Assembly (NCBI GenBank): GCA_021823625.1
Contig: JAKANS010000007.1
Coordinates: 1,321-65,320, forward strand
Length of the DNA: 64,000 nucleotides
Direction of reading: 5' to 3'
Origin: a bacterium
Lineage (GTDB): Bacteria; Verrucomicrobiota; Verrucomicrobiia; Limisphaerales; J093
The notes below the pieces were generated by a model. The model was not told where the DNA came from. It did not search any database and worked only from the letters and a program-made list of their open reading frames with translations. Both the position numbers and the translations under genes were made by a program. Numbering within the stretch: the stretch's first letter is position 1; each line of letters starts with the position of its first letter. This document shows positions 10,701 through 19,039 of this stretch, piece after piece.

Positions 10701-10754
10701 CAGAGTGGCGGCGAGGGCCGGAATCGTAGCCAGGATGAATCGAATGGCTTTCAT
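7752..10754 (-). CDS. Large secreted TolB/PD40-like beta-propeller repeat protein with conserved C-terminal tail
   Basis: Start reset to MKAIRFILATIPALAATLAVA (signal peptide, ATG 10754); repeated 'SADGRYV.F.S.A.NLV.GDTN..DVF' units; ends YRIDFKDDL...WQ...RFFRVAEAP. Confidence 0.85.
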   Translation of the reverse strand: MKAIRFILATIPALAATLAVADNPTPRLLGTSTPAAAAVPGPELTTLNAISDDARWLLFTSTSDRWVTNDLNAAADVFLFDRTASQFTLVSAALGGRSGNGASLAGGMSADASRVVFRSRASDLVATDTFRADWDVFVRDLATGTNWLVSVNVSSENAVFDSATPGSPTQISTDGRFVIFRSPLPARTPSPLLTIENVCRRDLAEARTECLTTNLPTTLNAWWRLTGFAATPDAEKLVVTASAAAGVSNLVAWKDLTSGQWVNCTAQLPPELVTGGRPTHSAPAISANGRFVAFRSEVSLAGSTNQLYGLTLYDTDQGKATLLSLRTNDTSRQIFPASAYNAVLSADGRYVAYSAPWPAGDPSPTTTPAGTNGPSQVYLYDAQTETTRLVSAAPDGAPADADASNALIAPDGRGVAFLSAAQNLVAGATNPALRAYWFDREAGTLQLIAELGEVSISDTSTVLSPNGDWLALSAPDDAGATTIHLFDTRTKTASTLRLVPQIGESVSTRGWIGVRPEGVSADGRYVALTAFLSAPAGDTNHMQVYLIDTQTGSRQLLSGGVDGNLANGHPRTPALSAGGEQVLFVSAATNLVTGDTNALDDVFLQSIATEQRRVLRADPVPASASAVDDAWLSPDGSAVLAGFYAKSLPFYRWYLANPNTGAFSAIIPGTLLNAPSFSRDGKHVALNLSAKTPETDARVEIHEPAAWLAAGGTAVPALWTSSAPAQMPVLSADGSRVAFFHPTTYPGPIGTNTLVVADWLRNEVVLSNLVLRGTLAPPALNSDGRFVVWTSPGSGNSALNQVWRADVDTGTAALVSVATDGASEADDNSKFASISADGRYVVFASLAGNLLPGVAKGVKNVFLRDMQTGQMLLLSHTPGGEPGTGWSTQPFFSADGNCLFFLSHAPDLAAGDYNQAVDLFKVEILSGDSNPLAVIRRNVTSGQVELLWNAQPGKRYRIDFKDDLGMATWQALPGAFTGETPVAVDAQGNPHRFFRVAEAP

Positions 10755-10783
10755 AGTCGAAAGGTTTCCCAACGTCGCTGCAC

Positions 10784-11623
10784 TCAACGCTTCTTCTCGC
10801 CGACGTGCTCCAACAACCAGGTCAGGTCGGGATCGCCGGGCTGGGTGGAGGTATTGTTGGCGTACTGGAGGTTGACGGGACGCAGCGTGGCGGCGCTCAC
10901 CCAACGCCGCTGCTCCAAATGACCGTCGGCAAAGGTGAACCAGCAGGCGCCTTTGTGGAAGGAGCCGGGTAGGTCCACCCAATTCCGATCCGAGTTGGGC
11001 GCCCAAAACAACCCGTCGTTGATGCTGTCCGGGTGTTCTTCGAGGAACACAAACACTTGCTGGGGACTGGCTTTTCTGAATTCCGAGAGCTTTCGGTAAA
11101 TCAAATACGCCGAGTTTAGCGGTCCGGTGTTCTGGTTGCCCTCGCCCAAAAAGCAGTTCATGGCATAAGACCGGACGCGCGCGGTCCAGCCACGGGCGGT
11201 TTGCGCCGGACTGAGGTAATCGTCGGCCGGACATTTATACGTGCTGTGCATGAAGTCCGTCTGGAGATACGCCGTCAGCGAAGCGTACGGCTTGGCGAGG
11301 TAAAGTCGGTTGGTGTTATCGCTGGCAGTGCCCCAATCCAACCAACCCGTGACCCAGGGGCGCGCTTTCGGGTTTGCGCCGGGGACATATCCGCCGTGGT
11401 AATTGCCAGGGAGTTCGCCCTGCGTGTCCTCCGTGTACAACAACCACGCGGTCTGCAGTTGTCTCAGGTTGTCCATGCAGACCAGGCTCGCGGTGGCGCT
11501 GGGATTGCCCCAGACCGGGCGGCTCACCACGGCGAGCACGACCAAGCTGGCGAGGAGGGTGAGCAGTTCAAGACGGGTGAAGCCGGCGTTTGACTTCCGG
11601 CGTCTGGGTGCATCCGGTTGCAT
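10784..11623 (-). CDS. Prepilin-type N-terminal cleavage / H-X9-DG domain protein (DUF1559-like)
   Basis: G^FTRLELL class III signal, 'CMDNLRQL', 'YKCPAD', 'RSYAMN', 'HKGACWFTFADGH'. Confidence 0.9.
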   Translation of the reverse strand: MQPDAPRRRKSNAGFTRLELLTLLASLVVLAVVSRPVWGNPSATASLVCMDNLRQLQTAWLLYTEDTQGELPGNYHGGYVPGANPKARPWVTGWLDWGTASDNTNRLYLAKPYASLTAYLQTDFMHSTYKCPADDYLSPAQTARGWTARVRSYAMNCFLGEGNQNTGPLNSAYLIYRKLSEFRKASPQQVFVFLEEHPDSINDGLFWAPNSDRNWVDLPGSFHKGACWFTFADGHLEQRRWVSAATLRPVNLQYANNTSTQPGDPDLTWLLEHVGEKKR

Positions 11624-11635
11624 GGGAGTGTGCTT

Positions 11636-11651
11636 AGCAATGCCTGTGCCA
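11636..11651 (-). promoter_or_regulatory. Sigma-54 (-24/-12) promoter
   Basis: Minus strand TGGCAC-AGGCA-TTGCT, an exact match to TGGCAC-N5-TTGCW, 13 nt upstream of ATG 11623. Confidence 0.8.
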
Positions 11652-11839
11652 GTTCTAAGAGCGCACGAACACCTGCGCGTAACTGCGGTTCGACCGCGGA
11701 ACTTAGGATGCAGCCTTAACTAAAACTCCCCAGGGGTTCCGTTTTCGGCCGCTTTTGAGTTTCGGCTGAAGCCTGGATGCCAACCGCCGTCCGCGGCAGC
11801 CTTCGCTTGACCTCGCCCTCTCCTATTCAGCGAGGTACC

Positions 11840-11874
11840 AAACAAAAAGGCGCGAGCCTCGCGGCCCGCGCCTT
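11840..11874 (-). terminator. Intrinsic terminator after the Gfo/Idh/MocA gene
   Basis: Minus strand AAGGCGCGGGCC-GCGA-GGCTCGCGCCTT followed by TTTGTTT. Confidence 0.75.
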
Positions 11875-11891
11875 GTGAGAGGTTTCCGGCG

Positions 11892-13226
11892 TTAGGCTAC
11901 CGGCACCATCGGCGGATTCTTGAAGATGTCGAACAAGCTGGGCATGGGCGGTTTCAACGTGCGGAAGTCGCCGAACTGCATCTTGCTGGCATCTTGGTAA
12001 AGCTGTTCGGGTCCGTACATGAAACTGGAGTTGAGCACGGCATCCCATTCCACCCCGCTGCCGCTGTAGGCCGCCTCGCGTCCCATGATGGCGGTCAGCG
12101 TGCTGTCCGTCACGTTCTTGGTCTCGTTCAATTCTGTATTATTGACGATGGCGTTGATCAGATCCACGTGCTCGTTCACGTAGCCGTTATCCTTCTGGAT
12201 GCCAGTGGGCCGCCACGCGCTGCCGCCTTTGGGCCGGATAAAGTTCCGCCCATCATTCATGTCCGCCACTCCCAGGCATCCTTGGACGTGCTCGCTGACG
12301 GAGGCCCACTTGCGGACGATCTGCCCGCAATAGCTGAACATCCGCACGCCGTTCTCGTACTCGAACTCGACGTCGAAATTGTCCCAAATCTCACCCGGCT
12401 TGTCTCCCAACTGCTGGCGTGAGCCCTGGCCCCAGCAACGCACCGGGTGCTGGTTGCCCATGATCCAGTTACAAACGTCGATGTTGTGGACATGCTGCTC
12501 GCAGATGTGGTCGCCACAGAGCCAGATGTAGTGATACCAGTTGCGGATCTGTTGTTCGAGCGTGGTATTGCCTTGCAGGCCACGGTGCCAGATCGGACCG
12601 CCGTTCACCCAATAGGCGCGCAGGGCAGCGATGTCCCCGACCGCGCCGTCTTGAATCCGTTTCACAGTTTCGATGTAGCTCGGTCGATGGCGGCGTTGGG
12701 TGCCGGCGGCTACCTTCAACCCCTTCTGCTTCGCCAGCTCGCCTGCGGCATACATGATCCGGGCGCCCGGCCCATCGGTCGCCACCGGTTTCTCGGTGAA
12801 GACGTTTTTGCCAGCTTCGATGGCGGCCTTGAATTGAGGCGGTTTGAAACCGGGAGGGGTAGCGATGATGACGTAATTCACGCCTGGAACTTCCAGCGCC
12901 TTCATGTAGGCGTCGAAACCGCTGAAACACTTGTCCTCCGGCACGCCGAAGTGCTCCGTGCCGCCCCGGGCCTTCTCGGGGAAGATATCGGCCACGGCTA
13001 CGATCTTGCCTTCGACGCCCGTTTCCTTGACGGCTTGGCGGAAGTCTTCTCCCGCGCCACTGCCGCGTCCGCCCAGGCCGATGATGATGGCGTTCATGGC
13101 CGGCTTCGCCTGGGCGAGCACGGACGGGAAATTCACCGCGGCCACAGCGCCGACCGCGGCGGAGGTTTTGAGGAAGCTACGACGCGACCAAGGCGCCGTT
13201 CCGTTGGAGTTTGTTTGCTGAGTCAT
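11892..13226 (-). CDS. Tat-exported Gfo/Idh/MocA oxidoreductase
   Basis: SRRSFLK Tat motif, IGLGGRG, EKPVA, GDHICEQHVHNIDV; start reset to ATG 13226. Confidence 0.9.
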   Translation of the reverse strand: MTQQTNSNGTAPWSRRSFLKTSAAVGAVAAVNFPSVLAQAKPAMNAIIIGLGGRGSGAGEDFRQAVKETGVEGKIVAVADIFPEKARGGTEHFGVPEDKCFSGFDAYMKALEVPGVNYVIIATPPGFKPPQFKAAIEAGKNVFTEKPVATDGPGARIMYAAGELAKQKGLKVAAGTQRRHRPSYIETVKRIQDGAVGDIAALRAYWVNGGPIWHRGLQGNTTLEQQIRNWYHYIWLCGDHICEQHVHNIDVCNWIMGNQHPVRCWGQGSRQQLGDKPGEIWDNFDVEFEYENGVRMFSYCGQIVRKWASVSEHVQGCLGVADMNDGRNFIRPKGGSAWRPTGIQKDNGYVNEHVDLINAIVNNTELNETKNVTDSTLTAIMGREAAYSGSGVEWDAVLNSSFMYGPEQLYQDASKMQFGDFRTLKPPMPSLFDIFKNPPMVPVA

Positions 13227-13314
13227 AGTCAGGTTTTGCGAATGATGCTGCTTTTTGACGGCCCCCCGGATGAGTCCATTCAAGCCGGGAAAGCCTCCAA
13301 ATCGGTCCGAGGGT

Positions 13315-14058
13315 TCACTGCACTTTGCCGGTGGCGGCCCACTCGGTGCCCCGAATCACCAGGGTGTGCACCGCCGGATTCGCCATGGCTTTCGCGTCGT
13401 GGCCAAAGGTGTGGTGGAAGACGTGGCCTTGCCCATAATCGAGCGTGAACGCGAGCGGCTCGGTCTTCTTGCTCCAATCCGAATCCGCCTGCACGAGCAC
13501 GTGGATCGGCGCGTCGCCCTGAAGCTTGGCGTACAACTCGTCGTCCGCCTCGAAATCGGCAAGGCCCTGCGTGATCGGGCTGGTCTGGTCCACCACCTTC
13601 GCGGCGAACGGGCTCCGCGGCCCGTGCCCGGAAGTGCCCATGACCCAGACGCGGCCGCACAAAGCGCGGAATTCGGGCCATTCCTTGAACGAGGCGCTGG
13701 CCAGGTGCGAAACCACGAAGCCTTTGCCATCTTTGACGAAGGCCGCCAGGTTGGCCTTGGCCTGGTCGGAAATCGTCGGCGTCTTGGCGTTGTACATGGC
13801 CAGGTAGATCGCGTCGTAACGTTTCAGGCTGGCGGCCGAGTCGAGGATGCCGGCGTCCTCACAGACCTTGACGTCGAATTTGCCGGAGCCTGCGAGTATG
13901 GCGCGCGTGGCGGCGGACACGGCGGCCCAATTGTGGGCGGGGGCGACGTCGTCTCCGGTAATCAGGAGAACCTGGATCTTCGGCGCTTCGGCGGCGCGGG
14001 TGGCGGGTGCGGCGGCCAGGCAGGTGACGAGGGCAAGGCCGAGAAGGAGAGAACGCAT
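13315..14058 (-). CDS. ThuA-like (trehalose utilisation) domain secreted protein
   Basis: Signal peptide from ATG 14058, 'FVKDGKGFVVSH', 'DELY', 'YGQGHVFHHTFGHD'. Confidence 0.85.
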   Translation of the reverse strand: MRSLLLGLALVTCLAAAPATRAAEAPKIQVLLITGDDVAPAHNWAAVSAATRAILAGSGKFDVKVCEDAGILDSAASLKRYDAIYLAMYNAKTPTISDQAKANLAAFVKDGKGFVVSHLASASFKEWPEFRALCGRVWVMGTSGHGPRSPFAAKVVDQTSPITQGLADFEADDELYAKLQGDAPIHVLVQADSDWSKKTEPLAFTLDYGQGHVFHHTFGHDAKAMANPAVHTLVIRGTEWAATGKVQ

Positions 14059-14160
14059 AGGCTGATGGCGATAAGCTTTTATCACGGCGACGCCGCGATC
14101 ATTCACGGCGCAGGAATCCGGGTCAAGCCGCATCGCCGCTCGCATTCTGGAAATGCGCGC

Positions 14161-14189
14161 TTGCACTGTTCTCCGCGGAATGTTAACAA
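14161..14189 (+). promoter_or_regulatory. Putative sigma-70 promoter of rpmB
   Basis: TTGCAC-N17-TAACAA with TG just upstream of the -10. Confidence 0.4.
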
Positions 14190-14215
14190 GCGCCCCTTTG
14201 TTCAATTGTTGACCT

Positions 14216-14488
14216 ATGGCGAAACGTTGTGAATTGACGGGCAAAGGCCCGATGAAGGGCAGCATCATCTGGCGCAGTGGCAAGCCCAAGAAGCTGGGCG
14301 GCATCGGCACGCACATCACCGCGATCACCAAGCGGCGCTTTCTGCCGAACTTGCAGCGCGTGAAGGCCCTCGTGGACGGCGAGGTGCGCTACATCCGCGT
14401 CTCCACTTGTGCGCTCAAGAAAGGCCTGGTCGTCAAGGCGCCGAAACGGACTTGGAAGGCGCCGGCGCCCGCCGCCAAAGCCGCCTGA
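14216..14488 (+). CDS. rpmB: 50S ribosomal protein L28
   Basis: MAKRCELTGK...KKLGGIG...TKRRFLPNLQ. Confidence 0.96.
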   Translation: MAKRCELTGKGPMKGSIIWRSGKPKKLGGIGTHITAITKRRFLPNLQRVKALVDGEVRYIRVSTCALKKGLVVKAPKRTWKAPAPAAKAA

Positions 14489-14511
14489 CGCGGCAGCTTC
14501 TCCCCCTTTTC

Positions 14512-14545
14512 AAGGGCGGGGCCCGGCGCCTCGCCCTTTTCTTTT
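14512..14545 (+). terminator. Intrinsic terminator after rpmB
   Basis: AAGGGCGGGGC-CCGGC-GCCTCGCCCTT followed by TTCTTTT. Confidence 0.75.
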
Positions 14546-14591
14546 CCTTGGCTCAACGACGCCTGGGTCGCGAATCGCAGTGACCTCTTCG

Positions 14592-14721
14592 AGCCGCTCT
14601 CGCGAACTTGGGGCGCAGCGCCGGCTTGCGGCTGGCCGGGCGGCCTCCACCTGCCCCAAGCCGGTCACAGACCGGCGCTCCATCCGGCCCGCCTCGTTGC
14701 GGTCTGTGAAATCGGCGGGCG
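14592..14721. repeat. REP/REPIN-like element, degenerate copy
   Basis: Colinear with 16526-16658: GCGCCGG...AAGCCGGT-N3-(G/A)ACCGGCGCTCCA...TGTGAAAT..GCGGGC. Confidence 0.6.
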
Positions 14722-14729
14722 GCCACGTC

Positions 14730-15944
14730 TCAAATCGCCAGGCAGAACATGGCGTCGCGGAGCTTGGGCTCGAACCAGGTGCTCTTCGGTGGCATGAGCC
14801 CGCCGCGGTCGGCGATCGCCATCAATTCCTCGATGCCGGTCGGGTGCAGCGCCAGCGCGCACGCGTAATCGCCGCCGTTCACCAACCGCTCCAGTTCGCC
14901 CGGCCCCCGGATGCCGCCCACGAATCCAATGCGCTCGCTGGTCCGCGGGTTGTCGATGCCGAAGACCGGGCCGAGCACGTGGCGTTGTAGCAAGGCGACG
15001 TCCAGTTGCTCCGCCGGATCGTCGCTCCGCGTGAGCGCGGGCAAGAACCGCAACCGCCGCCAGCGCCCTGCCAGGTAAAGGCCCACCTCGTGCCGGCCGG
15101 CCGGCGCCCCCGCCCCGCCGTCTTCGATTTGAAACCCTTTTCCCAACCGCGCGAGCAGGGCCGCGGGCGAGTGGCCGTTCAGATCCTTCAACACGCGGTG
15201 GTAGGGCAGAATTTTCAGCGTGTCGTGGGCGAAGATGACGCTCAGAAAGCCGCCGCTGCCGCCGGTCCCGCCCCGCGCCTGGAAAACCCGCGCCGCGGCG
15301 GCGGACCGGTGGTGCCCGTCCGCGATGTAGAGTCGCGGCAGCGCCGCGAACTGCGCCTCCCAAAACGCGATCTCCTCCGCATCGTCCACCGCCCAGCTCG
15401 AATGCCGCACCCCGTCCGGCGCGACGAAATCCACGTCCGGTGCTTTTGCGGTGCGCTCGCGGGTGAACGCCGCCAGGGCCGGCACCGCCCGGTAAAACAG
15501 GAACGCCGGGCCGGTTTGCGCGTTTAGCGTTTCGATGTGGCGCACGCGGTCGTCTTCCTTGTCGGGGCGCGTCAACTCGTGTTTGCGCACCACGCCGTCG
15601 AGGTACTCCCGGCAACTGGCCGCGCCCACGATGCCGGTCTGGCTGTGGTCACCCATGACCTGGCGATAAAGATAAAAAGCGGGACGCGGATCGGCCGCGA
15701 GCGCGCCCTGCGCGCGCAGGTTGTCCCACGCGAGCCGCGCCTGCGCGTACGTCTCCGGCGCGTGCGGACTCGCCCCGGGCAGGCGGTTGATTTCCGGCCG
15801 GCTGACGCGCAGGAAGCTGAGCGGGTTGTCCGCGGCGCGCCGGCGCGCCTCCGTTTCGGACATCACGTCGTAAGGCAGTTCGCAGATGCGGGCTGCCAGG
15901 TCGGGTCGGGGCCGCACCGCGGCGAAAGGTTTTACCGTGGCCAT
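14730..15944 (-). CDS. DUF1015 family protein
   Basis: PYDV, HELTRPDKEDDR, YIADGHHRSAAA, MPPKSTWFEPKLR; start ATG 15944. Confidence 0.93.
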   Translation of the reverse strand: MATVKPFAAVRPRPDLAARICELPYDVMSETEARRRAADNPLSFLRVSRPEINRLPGASPHAPETYAQARLAWDNLRAQGALAADPRPAFYLYRQVMGDHSQTGIVGAASCREYLDGVVRKHELTRPDKEDDRVRHIETLNAQTGPAFLFYRAVPALAAFTRERTAKAPDVDFVAPDGVRHSSWAVDDAEEIAFWEAQFAALPRLYIADGHHRSAAAARVFQARGGTGGSGGFLSVIFAHDTLKILPYHRVLKDLNGHSPAALLARLGKGFQIEDGGAGAPAGRHEVGLYLAGRWRRLRFLPALTRSDDPAEQLDVALLQRHVLGPVFGIDNPRTSERIGFVGGIRGPGELERLVNGGDYACALALHPTGIEELMAIADRGGLMPPKSTWFEPKLRDAMFCLAI

Positions 15945-16012
15945 GATCGGGGGCGCGAAGATAGGCGCGCCTCCGCCGGAGCGGAAAGCCAAATCTGACC
16001 GCCCGACCGCCT

Positions 16013-16510
16013 GGCAACGTCGATCCCGCCGAGCCGGCCGCGCACCTGGATTCGCTGCTCGCCGAATTGAAGCCGCTTGGCGGCGACGTGCGCCGCGGGC
16101 AGGCGGTGTTCAACCGCCAGAAGACCGCGTGTTCAACCTGCCACGCGATGGGTTATTGGGGCGGCAAGGTCGGTCCCGACCTCACGAGCATTGGCCAGAT
16201 TCGGACCGAGCGCGATTTGCTGGAAGCGGTCGTCTATCCGAGCGCGAGCTTTGTGCGCAGCTTCGAACCGGTGATCGTCGATATCAGGGACAACGAGGAA
16301 TACAGCGGGGGCGTCGCCAACGACACGACCGACGAGTTGGCGCTCATCACCGGCGCGGACACCAAGGCGCGGGTGGCCAGGAAGGACATCGCCGAAATGC
16401 GGCCGGGCACCGTCTCGGTCATGCCGTCCGGGTTGGCCGACCAGTTCTCGAAGCAGGAACTGGCGGACCTGCTGACCTTCCTGAAAAACACCCAGTGGGG
16501 CGCGCCGTAA
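16013..16510 (+). pseudogene. 5'-truncated C-terminal cytochrome c domain of a PVC-type dehydrogenase
   Basis: GDVRRGQAVF...CSTCH...GPDL...SVMPSGL; no signal peptide or ATG; frame closed upstream by TAG at 15962. Confidence 0.7.
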
Positions 16511-16525
16511 AAGCGGCTGGACCTG

Positions 16526-16658
16526 GCCCGGATATTTCACAAACTTCCGGCGGAGCGCCGACTTGGAGTCGGCTTTGCGGCTTGGGCACGCCAGAAGCCG
16601 GTTGCAAACCGGCGCTCCACCCCGTTGGGATTTCGAGCGGTGTGTGAAATATGCGGGC
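16526..16658. repeat. REP/REPIN-like nested palindromic element
   Basis: Terminal IR GCCCG.ATATTTCACA / TGTGAAATAT.CGGGC; inner IR GGAGCGCCG / CGGCGCTCC; two internal hairpins. Confidence 0.8.
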
Positions 16659-16791
16659 TGGACGTTGCCGCAAAGCCTTCCGGACTGACCGCCCAGCACC
16701 CCGAACTCGACCGCGGTTCTCGGTTGGCGCCGAAGCCTCAAAACTCCCGACGCGGTGGCATTCGGCCGAATCCCAGCGCGGACACTGCCTG

Positions 16792-16823
16792 CAACCTTTT
16801 GTTGCCTATGCAACAAAAGGTTG
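16792..16823. repeat. Perfect 14-bp inverted repeat between convergent genes
   Basis: CAACCTTTTGTTGC-CTAT-GCAACAAAAGGTTG. Confidence 0.8.
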
Positions 16824-16906
16824 TCGCCGGGGTGCAGGCGCCGGTTCGTTCGTTGTCCACTTCGCTCGAAATTCTGTGCTGCGGATCAGGAGTTCCGAGC
16901 CTCGGA

Positions 16907-17545
16907 CTAGGGCGCCAGCCGGTCGATCTGCCAGCCGCCTTCCGGCTTGGGCGTGTAGCGGAAGCGGTCGTGCAGGCGGCTGCGGCGGCCCTGCCAGAAC
17001 TCGAAGTCGCGCGGCACCACGCGGTACCCGCCCCAAAACGACGGCAGCGGCACCTGGCCTTCGCGGAACTTCCGCTTCATCTCCGCCCACTTCGCCTCCA
17101 GCAACGAGCGCGTGGTGATGACGCTGCTTTGCGGCGACGCCCAGGCCGCGAGCTGGCTGCCGAACGGTCGCGTCACGAAATAAGCCACCACTTCCGAGGT
17201 CGGAATCCGCGTCGCGGCGCCGTCGATGGCGACCTGGCGTTGCAGCGCCAGCCAGGGAAAGAGCAGCGCGACGCTCGCGTTTTCGCTCAATTGCCGGGCT
17301 TTGCGGCTCTCGAGGTTGGTGAAGAAAACGAAGCCGGACGGATCCCATTTCTTGAGCAGCACGGTGCGCAGCGTGGGGCGGCCGTCCGCGCCCACCGTGG
17401 CCAGGCTCATTGCGTTCGGCTCGATCATCCCGCTCTGGCACGCCTCGCGAAACCAGACCGCGAATTGAGCGAACGGGTCCGGCTGCAAGTCGCGGCGATG
17501 GAGTTCGTCGCGGGTGTAATCCTGCCGCATGTCTCCGATGTTCAT
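16907..17545 (-). CDS. pdxH: Pyridoxamine 5'-phosphate oxidase
   Basis: EPNAMSLAT, RTVLLK, FFTNLESRK, WGGYRV, EFWQGRRSRLHDR. Confidence 0.96.
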   Translation of the reverse strand: MNIGDMRQDYTRDELHRRDLQPDPFAQFAVWFREACQSGMIEPNAMSLATVGADGRPTLRTVLLKKWDPSGFVFFTNLESRKARQLSENASVALLFPWLALQRQVAIDGAATRIPTSEVVAYFVTRPFGSQLAAWASPQSSVITTRSLLEAKWAEMKRKFREGQVPLPSFWGGYRVVPRDFEFWQGRRSRLHDRFRYTPKPEGGWQIDRLAP

Positions 17546-17646
17546 GGCGCTCGCAAATGGCGTGGAGAGTCCCCAGAAGCCCGCCAAACCGCAAGGCCGG
17601 GTTTGGCCCGGGCGTTGGGCCCGCTCGGGTTTCGGGTTTCGGACTT

Positions 17647-17920
17647 CAGGGCGGCGCTAAACTAAAGTCCGGCCGATGGCAGTCAGAACCCGGACTCGCC
17701 CTCACCCTAACCTTCTCCCCCAGGAGAGGAACCCGCGGATCGCCCCGAAACCCGAAATCCGAAACCCGAGTTCCGAGCTCCGAGAATGGCTCGATCCGCG
17801 GGGCGGCGGCTCCGCTGGGGGGCGCTGTGGATTCGGGACTGCGGACTGCGGATCGCTTTCGGCATTCGGTCTTCGGGTTTCGGATTGGGAAGGGACCGTA
17901 CCGACTTTAGCGCGGCCCTG
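17647..17920. mobile_element. MITE-like non-autonomous element, copy 1
   Basis: Imperfect TIRs CAGGGCGGCGCTAAA...AGTC / GACTTTAGCGCGGCCCTG; highly similar direct copy at 18794-19039. Confidence 0.7.
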
Positions 17921-18089
17921 GGCGAACCGGCTCCTGTCACTCAACATCCTGACTGTCTTGGCCTTATCTGCGTTCAGCGGCGTCCCTCGGCGGTTTCCAG
18001 GTTCACCCCCCACCCCCGGCGGCATACCGCCCGGAGGGGGCAGCGGGCCTACAGGATTCCAGGTAAGTAATATTTCGTAATAAAAACGC

Positions 18090-18118
18090 TTGCACACCTC
18101 GAGGGGAACTGCTACAAG
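18090..18118 (+). promoter_or_regulatory. Putative sigma-70 promoter of the pilin gene
   Basis: TTGCAC-N17-TACAAG with an AT-rich UP-like tract upstream; same -35 as the rpmB candidate. Confidence 0.45.
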
Positions 18119-18186
18119 TACGGCTGTCTTTCCGATTGGAAAAGACAAGACGAAACAAAAAACGAAACAAAAAAACGGAAAAGCAC

Positions 18187-18675
18187 ATGAAAAACCTGAG
18201 AAATGACCTCATCGCGCTCGCACTGATCGCTACCGGGCTGACGAGTCTGGCCGCTACGACGGGGTCGATCACCCCCAGTGGAACGGTGGCCGTGAGCACC
18301 TCGATCACAGTGACGTCGCAAACGGGATTCAACACTCTGGACATCGCCAGCGGGGTGACGGATACGGTGATTGCCATCGTGAACGAAAAGTGTAATAAAA
18401 AGACCGGCTACACCGTCACGCTCGAAAGCGAAAATGCTGTCGGCGCTCAAGCCAAACTGAATGGGACGGGAGACAACACCGACACGGTGAACTACTCGAT
18501 GGAGTATGACGGTGCCGCCGTAACTCTGAGCGGTGGAGAAGCGACCGTAACCAGCGCCACTGCGAAGACAGGCGGGAGTGGGGTGAACAAGAACTTGTCC
18601 GTCACGATTTCGTCGACTTGGGTCAACGCGGATACCTACAGCGACACGTTGACCCTGACGATTGCCGCCAACTAG
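18187..18675 (+). CDS. Major pilin subunit, archaic chaperone-usher (spore coat protein U / Csu-like)
   Basis: Signal peptide, Thr/Ser/Gly-rich beta protein, 'CNKKTGYTVTL', C-terminal 'ADTYSDTLTLTIAAN'. Confidence 0.8.
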   Translation: MKNLRNDLIALALIATGLTSLAATTGSITPSGTVAVSTSITVTSQTGFNTLDIASGVTDTVIAIVNEKCNKKTGYTVTLESENAVGAQAKLNGTGDNTDTVNYSMEYDGAAVTLSGGEATVTSATAKTGGSGVNKNLSVTISSTWVNADTYSDTLTLTIAAN

Positions 18676-18793
18676 CGGGGTCGGCTTTCGGGCCAAGAAG
18701 CGCCGCGCGCCACCGGAGCCGGGTCGGGGCCGATGGACGCCGAGGGGAAAGGGTTTGCCGGCGCGGGTGGGTTTCACCCGCGGGGTGAATCGG

Positions 18794-19039
18794 CAGGGCG
18801 GTGCTAAGTCCGGCCGATGGCAGGGAGAACCCGGGCTCGCCCTCACCCTAACCCTCTCCCCCAAGAGAGGGAACCGCGGGCCGCCGCGAAATCCGAAATC
18901 CGAAATCCGAGAATGGCTCGATCCGCGGGGCGGCGGCTCCGCTGGGGAAGCTGTGGATTCGGGACTGCGGATTGCTTTCGGCTTTCGGTCTTCGGGTTTC
19001 GGATTGGGAAGGGACCGAACCGACTTTAGCGCGGCCCTG
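18794..19039. mobile_element. MITE-like non-autonomous element, copy 2
   Basis: CAGGGCGGTGCTAAGTC...GACTTTAGCGCGGCCCTG; same internal modules as copy 1. Confidence 0.7.

Noticed and set aside
10755-11234. 160-aa N-terminal extension of the 7752 ORF given in the track
   Set aside because: Overlaps the prepilin-like gene in another frame; a clean signal peptide starts at ATG 10754
11727-11733. TCCCCAG half-site upstream of the first sigma-54 promoter as evidence that the 32833..34248 regulator controls it
   Set aside because: Only half of the dyad is present, which is too weak in GC-rich DNA; the shared-regulon idea remains untested
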